The notes under the pieces: generated by a model
Database searches by the model: none
What the model was told of the DNA's origin: nothing
The model's input: the letters and a program-made list of their open reading frames with translations, nothing else
DNA from: a virus
Lineage: Duplodnaviria; Caudoviricetes
DNA: 64,000 bases
Direction: 5' to 3' (one strand)
IMG/VR virus record: IMGVR_UViG_3300044825_002173
Coordinates: 1,134 to 65,133 of that record
In this document: piece by piece, positions 36,909 to 45,717 of the stretch
How positions within the stretch are numbered: position 1 is the first letter of the stretch
Layout: the number at the start of each line of letters is the position of its first letter
Program-made: the position numbers and the translations under genes

Positions 36909-38339
36909 TTAATAAATCTCTCTCCACTGAAGAGCAGCAGCAACGTTAGCAGTAGCATTACCTGTAGTAGTAATGGTTCTTACAGCAAGCACATAAATTT
37001 CAGAGTTTGATGAATCAATATTTTGAACAATGATATTTTTCTTTGCAGCACTTAATGCTCCAGAAGCAACTGGTGAAAGTGAGTTTTGTGATGCGCCAGA
37101 AGGAACATAGCCCGATGCAAATTCATCACCATCACTATAAGTTGTAGCATCCACACAATATTCAACTCCACTATTGGCAGAGGCAGAAGTCCAAGTTAAA
37201 GTTCCAGCATTGCTCAAATAAGCAGAACTTGGAAGTTTCACGACCCTATAAATGATACTATTTGTTTCACAATGTATTGAAAGGTTATTTAACCTTACTG
37301 ATATTCTATTTGGATATCCTTGGAACGTATTTTTGAGACGAATTGCGATCAATGGAAGTTCAGTTCCTGCTGGTGTTGGAGTTGTTCTTGATGTGGTCAT
37401 TGTAACAGCAAAGTCAATACCACTTTCTACATATCCACCTTCCGACATTACAGAAGAACAGATTTGATCAAAAGATGCTCCAATACCAACACCAGTGTTT
37501 CTAATTTCACAACGAACTGGTAAATTTGGATTGGCAATATAAACAGTTGCTAGATTGTTAGAGTGGTAAAATTCGTGTGCTGTGATAAGTTGTCCATTAT
37601 GAGCAAAACCACAACGAACTCTACCAACACCTAACCACTGGAAATCTATAAACGCAAGTTGAGTTTTTGTGACATCTAAATCAAATCCAGATGTTCCTGT
37701 ACCATCACACTTGTCTCTGTTCCATTGTGATTGTGGAATTCTGGTTTCTGTTGCAATTCCACTTGTAAAAGATCTAATTACCCAGTTGAGAGTTCCAATA
37801 TCAGGGTTTACCCCATCTGAGGTATTAATTCCAACTTGCTCAAGATAGATTCCATCTCTATCATCAAAATATCCCGTTCTTTTCGTTGCGTTTTGTTGAG
37901 GGGCATAAAAGTTAAAAGAACTAAAAATTAATTGCCCTTTTCCTGGTTGATAATGATGATAAAATTTTGTTTGGTGAATACAAGACGCTGTAGATCCAAT
38001 CCCAGTTTGTAATCTTGCTGCTGCCTGGTTTTGGAAGAACGTTACCGTTGAACCTGCCCCAGAAACACTATCTAAAAAGTTTGGGTCAATAGCATAAACG
38101 TGCTTATAGTCACCAAGAGTAAATAATTCAGAAACTCTTGCTCTACCAAATGCATCAACAGCATTTGTATCTGGATTGATAGTTATAAGAGTTTCAGAAG
38201 AAATTCCAACCGTTCCCGTAACTGGAAATGGATTTTGTGGACTAATTATTCGACCATCGCTTGATGCAACACCTACAACTTCAAATAGAGATCTTTCCTG
38301 ATTAAGATAATCTTGAGTTGTTATATTCCACTGAGCCAT
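36909..38339 (-). CDS. hypothetical (probable virion) protein
   Basis: 476-aa beta-rich ORF in the head gene cluster (DAFGRARVS, YQPGK, IDFQWLGVGRVRCGF). Confidence 0.75.
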   Translation of the reverse strand: MAQWNITTQDYLNQERSLFEVVGVASSDGRIISPQNPFPVTGTVGISSETLITINPDTNAVDAFGRARVSELFTLGDYKHVYAIDPNFLDSVSGAGSTVTFFQNQAAARLQTGIGSTASCIHQTKFYHHYQPGKGQLIFSSFNFYAPQQNATKRTGYFDDRDGIYLEQVGINTSDGVNPDIGTLNWVIRSFTSGIATETRIPQSQWNRDKCDGTGTSGFDLDVTKTQLAFIDFQWLGVGRVRCGFAHNGQLITAHEFYHSNNLATVYIANPNLPVRCEIRNTGVGIGASFDQICSSVMSEGGYVESGIDFAVTMTTSRTTPTPAGTELPLIAIRLKNTFQGYPNRISVRLNNLSIHCETNSIIYRVVKLPSSAYLSNAGTLTWTSASANSGVEYCVDATTYSDGDEFASGYVPSGASQNSLSPVASGALSAAKKNIIVQNIDSSNSEIYVLAVRTITTTGNATANVAAALQWREIY

Positions 38340-38342
38340 TTA

Positions 38343-38663
38343 TCAATCAATCCATTCTAATTTTGATGGGTGGTATCTTTGTGCGTTTTTGATGTTTAAA
38401 TTTTTTTCCATTACAGGATAAATTTGATGAACAACTGCTCCTGGATAGTCTAGTTGTAATTGCTCACCAAGTTCTCTAGTAGAAGGAATGCCAGTTTTAG
38501 TGACTAACTCCAAACGATATAAACTACCTTGCCACATTACATCGGCAACATATTCTTCACCAACTTGCTGTGGTTGTTCTGGTTCTGAGTTGATATAAAG
38601 ATTTCCTGTGAAATCGCCAGCAATATTAACTGATTCTGAGATAAATTGCTTGAAGGATTTCAT
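38343..38663 (-). CDS. putative internal head protein
   Basis: MKSFKQFISE capsid-targeting-like N-terminus; domain similar to a module of 45718..47625. Confidence 0.75.
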   Translation of the reverse strand: MKSFKQFISESVNIAGDFTGNLYINSEPEQPQQVGEEYVADVMWQGSLYRLELVTKTGIPSTRELGEQLQLDYPGAVVHQIYPVMEKNLNIKNAQRYHPSKLEWID

Positions 38664-38664
38664 A

Positions 38665-38826
38665 TCATTCCTCTTCTTGGTCGTCTTGTCCGAACATACT
38701 CATCGCTACCACTGGACGAAACGTATCAATTTTTTCTGCAGATTTCGCAAAAATAAGTTCTTTAATTTTATCGCTAATTTGAGAAGGAGATTCGTCAGTA
38801 GCAATCATATCTAAAAGATCATCCAT
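38665..38826 (-). CDS. small acidic prohead core protein (gp67-like position)
   Basis: MDDLLDMIATDESPSQISDKIKELIFAKSAEKIDTFRPVVAMSMFGQDDQEEE*; directly after the portal gene, with TATAAATA at 38850-38857. Confidence 0.7.
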   Translation of the reverse strand: MDDLLDMIATDESPSQISDKIKELIFAKSAEKIDTFRPVVAMSMFGQDDQEEE

Positions 38827-38852
38827 TTTAATACCTAAGTAATTTTCTTTAT

Positions 38853-40538
38853 TTATATCTCACCACCCTTGGGCATTTCTGCTACTTTTGCATTAACTTG
38901 AGTTTCTTTTCCTTGAGATTCTAAATCTGGTTCCATTACTGGTTGTCCCAAATCCATTTGAGAAGTTTGATCTAAAGGCATACCAGTCATAGGATCAACA
39001 GGTGCATTTGGATCCGGAATAATACCATCTGCAATTTCTTTTTTCATAATTTTGTCTTGTTCAATAATTTCCTCATCAGTTTGACGAAGAATCTTTCTCC
39101 TAAGATAATCTTGTGAAAAATATTTTCCAACATAAGGTTCTGCAATTTGAACCATATTTAATCTCTCATTTAATAGTTCAGAATCTTTTAATTCTGCAAA
39201 ATGGTTATCATATAAGAAATTATATTGAATATGCTCTTCCATCATATTCCAGTCTTCTGGAGTAATGATATTTTTAAGAATTAATTGTGTCTTGAGCATA
39301 TCATGGAACATATAAGAGAATCTTTTCCTCAATCGAGCAACAAATTTGCTAAATTTGACTTCATCACGAAGAATTTCTGATGATCTTCCAAGATTAAATC
39401 CACCATCTCCACCAATTCTTGTTGTAGGAACATTTAAAGATCTATAAAGTTTTTCTTGAAAATAATTAATATCTGTAATTTCGCCAAGATTCTGTCCACC
39501 AGGAAGTGTAGAAATTTCTGTTCCTCTTCCACCTTCTCTTCTTGGAAGCCAAAAATCTTCAAGCATCGCCATAAATTTCTTATCATCACGAATTTCTCCA
39601 GTGCTTGCGTCATAAACCATTTTATTTCTATAACGCATCATTACATCACGAAGATATTGTTCCGCTTTTACTTTAGGAAGATTTCCAACATCGATATAAA
39701 AAATTCTTCTTTCGGGAGCTCTTGATAATCTGTAAATAACAAGAGAATCTTCAATCATACGAAGTTGATTGAGAGATTTAATTGCTTTGTGGAGATATGA
39801 TAGAGTCGATCCTTTATTACGATCTACAAGTCCAGAAGTACAATAGGTTATTGAATCTCTAGTAAATTTAATTCCACCAGTTCCACCCAAAGAAGCTGGA
39901 TTACTGGTTGGATAAGTCATTTTTGGATTATAAATGAAATATTCCTCAATTTGAGGAAATTCAAAATTCATAGGGTCATCTGAATTGACACCAGCCATCC
40001 TATAAGTTCTTTTATCTTTTTCAGATTTTTTTTGTTGACGCACATATCGCATCTTCATTGCGTCAATATATCTTAATTCTTGAATTCCCAAGTGAGGGTT
40101 CTTCAAATCAATTACTTTATGATAATAAAGTCTTCCATCAACATACCAGTTTCTATAAATTTCATGAGATTTTTTGTCAAAATCCAAAAGTGAAAGAATA
40201 TATTTAAATTCTTGCCTAATTTTATTTTTGATACCATCACTTGCATTCAGATTAGATAATTCAATTTCAATTGGAGTATCATTCGTATCACTAACAATAG
40301 CTTCGTTTACAATATCTTCAATGGCACTATCACATTCTGGGTGAAGTGCCATTTCACGATATCTTTTGATAAGATCAAATTCTGTTCTATAAACACCCTC
40401 AATATCTACATATGAACCAAAAAAACCACTGCTCAAGTAATAATCTGATTCGTCCTCTCTATTATCAGGAACAGGAGAAGCAATACTCGGAGACAGTGGT
40501 TCTGTATCTTCAATAGAAAATCCAAATAATTTTGCCAT
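38853..40538 (-). CDS. gp20: portal vertex protein
   Basis: YRLSRAPERRIFYIDVGNLPK, EDFWLPRREGGRGTEISTLPGG. Confidence 0.97.
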   Translation of the reverse strand: MAKLFGFSIEDTEPLSPSIASPVPDNREDESDYYLSSGFFGSYVDIEGVYRTEFDLIKRYREMALHPECDSAIEDIVNEAIVSDTNDTPIEIELSNLNASDGIKNKIRQEFKYILSLLDFDKKSHEIYRNWYVDGRLYYHKVIDLKNPHLGIQELRYIDAMKMRYVRQQKKSEKDKRTYRMAGVNSDDPMNFEFPQIEEYFIYNPKMTYPTSNPASLGGTGGIKFTRDSITYCTSGLVDRNKGSTLSYLHKAIKSLNQLRMIEDSLVIYRLSRAPERRIFYIDVGNLPKVKAEQYLRDVMMRYRNKMVYDASTGEIRDDKKFMAMLEDFWLPRREGGRGTEISTLPGGQNLGEITDINYFQEKLYRSLNVPTTRIGGDGGFNLGRSSEILRDEVKFSKFVARLRKRFSYMFHDMLKTQLILKNIITPEDWNMMEEHIQYNFLYDNHFAELKDSELLNERLNMVQIAEPYVGKYFSQDYLRRKILRQTDEEIIEQDKIMKKEIADGIIPDPNAPVDPMTGMPLDQTSQMDLGQPVMEPDLESQGKETQVNAKVAEMPKGGEI

Positions 40539-40569
40539 AATTTATTTTAGGTATTTTGACTATTTATTA

Positions 40570-41157
40570 TTATCTTAAACGTGTCCAATATTGAACTTGG
40601 AAGTCAACAGTAAACTCTTCAATGGTATCAGTAGTATCATAAGATAAATCGATTGCAGAAATATTTGTTGGGAAAATATCATAAAACTGATATTCAGCAG
40701 CAACATCAAGTCCAGGACCAAAAGGAGGTTCTGCACCTACAGACCCACCAGTTGTTCCTGTAGCGCCACCTCTCTTTAGTTGTTTGACAATTGCATTCTG
40801 CATATAAACTTCAGGATTAGCAAAACCGCTTGCATCTCCATATTGTGCAATTGCTTGCATCCAATTTTCCATAGTATTTCTAATAGCAAAATCCTGGTCA
40901 TTAATTACCGTAACTGTCCAAACATCAAATGTTCTATCTCCAGCAACTTTAAAAACTCTTCCTCTGAAAGGAACATCAATAGAAGCTATGGTTGAAGCTG
41001 GAAGAGCAGCTGATTTACAAAGAATGGAGAATTTATTATCTGCATAATTTGCATCTTTTTCAATAGCAGTTGGTAGTGTGAGATCCACTTGGAATAAATT
41101 GGGGCGAGCGCCGCCTCCAATAAGTGCTGATTTAAAATCCTGAATGTTGTGAGCCAT
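40570..41157 (-). CDS. gp19: tail tube protein
   Basis: GGARPNLF, PFRGR...AGDRTF..WTVTVIND, IEEFTVDF. Confidence 0.95.
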   Translation of the reverse strand: MAHNIQDFKSALIGGGARPNLFQVDLTLPTAIEKDANYADNKFSILCKSAALPASTIASIDVPFRGRVFKVAGDRTFDVWTVTVINDQDFAIRNTMENWMQAIAQYGDASGFANPEVYMQNAIVKQLKRGGATGTTGGSVGAEPPFGPGLDVAAEYQFYDIFPTNISAIDLSYDTTDTIEEFTVDFQVQYWTRLR

Positions 41158-41189
41158 TTTTAGTTCCTCCTTTTTTGTTTATTTTAAAA

Positions 41190-43736
41190 TCAAACAGTAC
41201 CAGCAACTTCTTCAAAACTTACACCTGTTCTGGTAGCAACAAAGGTAAGTGTGACATAATTAATTGATTTAGTTGGTTTCAGGAAGATGTCTGCTCTAAA
41301 TTCATTGTTATCGATAACATCAGGAGTATTGTTTGAAGAATCACAAACTACCAGGAATCCATAAAGACCTCGTTTTGCCTGAACATCACGCAGATAAGGT
41401 TCAACAATATTTTTAAAGTTTGCTCTAGTGATTTCATCATTTAATTCAAAAAGTTGAGCTTGAGCACTTCTTTGAAGTGCCTGTTCAATAGTAAGGAATA
41501 GGCGACGTACATTAATGCGATCAAATGCAGATGCATAACCAAGACCAGTTTTATCTCCAAACAAGAGAGTTCCAACACCAGGTTGAGTTATAATTGAATT
41601 AACTCTGCTGGAATAAAGTCTATCTCTTTGTGCTTTATTTGGATTATATGCTAATTTTATTGCATTATTAAGTATTCCTCTTTGCTGTCCTGCTGGAGAG
41701 AACCAAGGATATGCAACAATATTTGTACGACACATAAGTCCAGCAACATCTGGGTTGCATGGAATGTACACAAATCTATTGTTAAATCTATCATAAGTGT
41801 ACTTATATCCACTATCAAATACTGCATAAGAAGATGATGGCATTTGAGTGAAGAATCCAATTATATTATCAGTTTGAGTATTAGTGTTTGTAACACCAAT
41901 AACATTTCCTCTATGTGGAGAAACAACTGCAATACAATCTTTTCTTTGCTCTGCAATTGAAACTAGATAATTTGCTTTAGTTTTGGATTCATCTTCATTT
42001 GCTAATCCAGGACCCATAATTAAATAATCTACTTCAATTTCATCTCTATTTTCAAATAGATCGTAGGAATTTAATAGATCACCAAGTAATGGAGTAAAAC
42101 TTCCGGTTTCTCCATTTCCATTTTGCTTATAGTCATTTCCTCCACCTAATGTATATAATGCATTTCCAAGAGCACTAAAGACTTTATCTTGAGAAGGTTC
42201 ATTCCACAATCCTTCAGTTTGTGAATAAGGTGAAAAATCTTCACTAAATCCAGTTGCAAAAATTTCTTCATTGTTTGATGCATCTGATGGATTATCTCCA
42301 ACATAAACATAATTAGAATATTGTGCAAGATATTCTTTCCACCAAATTCTTTGTGGTGAATTTACTGCAGAAACTGCATCGCTTGCTTTTGATAGGAATA
42401 AGTGCTTCTCAAGAAGGTTTCCTTGGACACCTGTAATACTTCCGGTGTCGTCAAATATTGCCACATGGAGTGCATCATTTTTACCATTTCTATCAAGGAC
42501 ATACTTATTAGAAACTGGTTTCGGTGCAATTGATTTCCAATAAATTGATCCATTAAGTAGATCAATTCTTTGCTCATCATACCAGTCTTTTACATTTGAA
42601 GAAGAACTTCCAACAGTATTAACTCCAACAGCGCCAAGAACACCACCATCTTCAGTGAATCTTAAAGTATTTCCAGGTCTAATTGATGCTGCCTGGTTTC
42701 TCTCCTGATACGTAATAGGAATATCAGTGGAAGTTCCGGCTGCCACTCTAGAAACAATCTTAACATCTATTGCATCTGTTTGAACTCCAGTTATAATTCC
42801 TTTCAAATAACCATTAAATGAAGTTGTTACTCCAGGAATATTTTGATTGACTAAAGCAACAGTAACCCCAAGTCCAATGCCATTATCTGCTCTTGCAGTT
42901 AATGTCTGAGCAAATGTAGAACCAACAGTAATAATTTGATCCGCTTTATCGTCAATAATACAAACTTTTAGATCATTTGCCCAAGAACCAGGAGTTTTTG
43001 CTGAAAAAATGTAACTTGCAATATCATCAGCGTGAGATTCGTTATAATTATCAAAATTAGTAATTTTTAAAGTAGAATCACCTACTACAGATGTGCCGGA
43101 TGTTGTGTAAATATCAGTAATATCAAGAGTGATAGAACCGGTTGTTGCCACACCCACTGTAGCGCCAATTTTAGTATTACTGATCGTAATGGTATCTGCG
43201 GTAGTAAATCCAACACCACCGTTAGTAATTAAAACTGATGAAAACTTTGCGTTTGCAATTCCATCTGTAGATGCAATACTAACCTTTAATATTGCACCTG
43301 TACCACTACCACTTGTACTATAATCCGTTTCAGTAAGAGTAAAATCTCCACCAACAGTGGTTCCAATACCTGTAGTTTCGTTGGTAACGTTATAAACGAC
43401 AGTGGTATCAAATCCAGTTATCTCACCAGTTCTTGTTCTCTTTGCATTTGCATTTACAAGATAATCTCCATCAGTTCTTACTACTTTAAGAACTCCTCCA
43501 TAAGTCAAATAAGAGGATGCGCTCATCCAGTATTCATACTGACCATCTAAAGTTAGTGGTTTTCCAAAATTGTTGATTAACTCTTGTTCAGTTGCAATAT
43601 CAATTGGATAATCTACAGGTCCAATTGAAAAAGGTCCTGCAATTCCTCCAATATTATCTAAAACATTATCAGCTCTTCCTACTGTTAAATCAACCTCTCT
43701 GACGAGTACGCCTGGAGATAATTGAGGAGTCGCCAT
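41190..43736 (-). CDS. gp18: tail sheath protein, with an insertion
   Basis: LSPGVLVREVDLT, WFSPAG, FDRINVRRLF, KPTKSINYVTLTF. Confidence 0.96.
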   Translation of the reverse strand: MATPQLSPGVLVREVDLTVGRADNVLDNIGGIAGPFSIGPVDYPIDIATEQELINNFGKPLTLDGQYEYWMSASSYLTYGGVLKVVRTDGDYLVNANAKRTRTGEITGFDTTVVYNVTNETTGIGTTVGGDFTLTETDYSTSGSGTGAILKVSIASTDGIANAKFSSVLITNGGVGFTTADTITISNTKIGATVGVATTGSITLDITDIYTTSGTSVVGDSTLKITNFDNYNESHADDIASYIFSAKTPGSWANDLKVCIIDDKADQIITVGSTFAQTLTARADNGIGLGVTVALVNQNIPGVTTSFNGYLKGIITGVQTDAIDVKIVSRVAAGTSTDIPITYQERNQAASIRPGNTLRFTEDGGVLGAVGVNTVGSSSSNVKDWYDEQRIDLLNGSIYWKSIAPKPVSNKYVLDRNGKNDALHVAIFDDTGSITGVQGNLLEKHLFLSKASDAVSAVNSPQRIWWKEYLAQYSNYVYVGDNPSDASNNEEIFATGFSEDFSPYSQTEGLWNEPSQDKVFSALGNALYTLGGGNDYKQNGNGETGSFTPLLGDLLNSYDLFENRDEIEVDYLIMGPGLANEDESKTKANYLVSIAEQRKDCIAVVSPHRGNVIGVTNTNTQTDNIIGFFTQMPSSSYAVFDSGYKYTYDRFNNRFVYIPCNPDVAGLMCRTNIVAYPWFSPAGQQRGILNNAIKLAYNPNKAQRDRLYSSRVNSIITQPGVGTLLFGDKTGLGYASAFDRINVRRLFLTIEQALQRSAQAQLFELNDEITRANFKNIVEPYLRDVQAKRGLYGFLVVCDSSNNTPDVIDNNEFRADIFLKPTKSINYVTLTFVATRTGVSFEEVAGTV

Positions 43737-43817
43737 GTTTTTCTCCGTAAATCTCAGTTTAACTAAAAATTATTTATTAAAAATGTACTTTACGTGGAGA
43801 AAACGTGACGTGAATAT

Positions 43818-44066
43818 TCACCAATCAGGATATTGCCATTGCAAAGTAGTTGATATATTTCTTTTCTTTGACTCAATAACTCTCTTTACCGTACATTCTT
43901 TACACTCATATGAAAAGGATGATGCAACAGGACCTCTATCTTTACGAGTTCTATAAAAACCATCAATTAAATTTTTGTCTTCACCACAAGTCCTGCATTT
44001 TCTATCTGTGAGTAGTAAATGCCCCAATTTGATTTGCTTATCCAAATCCATTATTGATATTCCCAC
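43818..44066 (-). CDS. small zinc-ribbon hypothetical protein
   Basis: CRTC...FY...CKEC. Confidence 0.7.
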   Translation of the reverse strand: MGISIMDLDKQIKLGHLLLTDRKCRTCGEDKNLIDGFYRTRKDRGPVASSFSYECKECTVKRVIESKKRNISTTLQWQYPDW

Positions 44067-45700
44067 ATATATGCCATATCACCATATTCATCAACAAACC
44101 ATCTATCACCATTTACATCAACAAAACTACTATCGTTTAATCCATCGGTTATAAAACCAAATGGTGCCATATCTTGTTCTATTTGATTTTTTTGTTCTTC
44201 ATATAATCTTTTTCTAACATCTTGGTCAGTAAGTTCTTTGAAATAATCTTGTGCGACTAACCAAGCATAAATTACCAAACACATTGCCAAGTCATCATTA
44301 CAACCTTCTTCTGCTTCAAATGAATTATGCTTTTGTATAAAAGTTGTAAGTTCACTCATAATATCGTAATCTTTAAAGAGAAGTTTATTCTCCTCAATCA
44401 TAGTTTTTAGGTTAAGACATCCAACTTTTTTTACGGTTTTGGACATCTTTACTCCAAGTTGAGTTTTCTTTCCTGAAAAACCTTGTCCAACAATTTGACC
44501 TGCTCTTCCTCTCATAGAGCACATCAAAAGATTAGTATATTCCAAATCATAATGTATAATTGATGCTACTTGATCTCCAACATCATTAACTTCACATAAA
44601 ATATATGCATTATTATAATTTTTTGCTACATCTACGATAATGCTTGGAAATAACATTGGTTTAATTTCATTATTTCTATATTTTGCAACTACCTGATGTG
44701 GAAATGTAGTAATATCGACTACAATAAATGCTGAATAATCATTACCAACTCCTCTAGCAACGTCCACTGAAATTAAATAATCATGGTTTTCCATAGAATC
44801 TTCATAAACATCCAACCCACCACTACTTGTTTTTGGATGATCATATACAAGTGCTCTAAGTTTTGATGGTGCTATTAAAGTATCTACTGACCCTAAAAAC
44901 TCACATTCAAACTCAACTTTGAATTGATTTTCTGAAGTGTTTGCAATAGTCTGCTTCTTCCATTCTTCGTCTCTACCGGGAACTTCACTCCAATGAACGT
45001 CAGTATAAACATACTCATTTTTGCCTTTTTCTGCATCATGCCACATACGGTAGAAATGATTCATACCGTGCGGAGTTGAAACTATAATAACTTTAGTTTG
45101 TTTACCTGAAGTAATGGTAGGATATACTGATGCAAAGAACGAATCTGCAATATGATTTGGGACGAAAGCAAATTCGTCCAAGAATAAAATGTTAAATGAC
45201 ATTCCTCGGACAGCAGATGCAGATGTTGAAGCTGCAAGAATCTTAGAACCATTTTCAAGTTCAAGAGAACCTTTGTTCCAAGAAATAATACCTTGCTGCA
45301 TCCACTTTGGAAGGTTTTCATAAGCAGTCTGTAACCTATCCAGAAGTTCTCTGGCTGTCGCTGCTTTATTTGCCAAGATACCAATATTTACGTTGTCATT
45401 AAAAACAGCATAATGCAAGAGAAAGGATACCACAGTCGTTGACTTACCAGTCTGTCTTGGCATCTTACAGATATTAAATCTGTGCTTATGAAAATTATTA
45501 ATTAATTTCTCTTGAAAATGATATGGTTGAAATGGTTGTAATCCATGATCAAGAGTAACAATTTTTACATAATTTTTGGAAAAATAAACCGGATCATTCT
45601 GGCATTTGACAAACTCAAGAATTTGTTCTTGAGTAAATTCGTGAGTAGTATTTGCCTTTTTTAAAAGTGGATTACCAAGATATACATCATTATTTGCCAT
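44051..45700 (-). CDS. gp17: terminase large subunit
   Basis: PRQTGKST, LDEFAF, STPHGMNHFY, VDVARG, DDLAMCL; uninterrupted. Confidence 0.97.
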   Translation of the reverse strand: MANNDVYLGNPLLKKANTTHEFTQEQILEFVKCQNDPVYFSKNYVKIVTLDHGLQPFQPYHFQEKLINNFHKHRFNICKMPRQTGKSTTVVSFLLHYAVFNDNVNIGILANKAATARELLDRLQTAYENLPKWMQQGIISWNKGSLELENGSKILAASTSASAVRGMSFNILFLDEFAFVPNHIADSFFASVYPTITSGKQTKVIIVSTPHGMNHFYRMWHDAEKGKNEYVYTDVHWSEVPGRDEEWKKQTIANTSENQFKVEFECEFLGSVDTLIAPSKLRALVYDHPKTSSGGLDVYEDSMENHDYLISVDVARGVGNDYSAFIVVDITTFPHQVVAKYRNNEIKPMLFPSIIVDVAKNYNNAYILCEVNDVGDQVASIIHYDLEYTNLLMCSMRGRAGQIVGQGFSGKKTQLGVKMSKTVKKVGCLNLKTMIEENKLLFKDYDIMSELTTFIQKHNSFEAEEGCNDDLAMCLVIYAWLVAQDYFKELTDQDVRKRLYEEQKNQIEQDMAPFGFITDGLNDSSFVDVNGDRWFVDEYGDMAYMWEYQ

Positions 45701-45717
45701 AACAAATTCCTAAAAAA

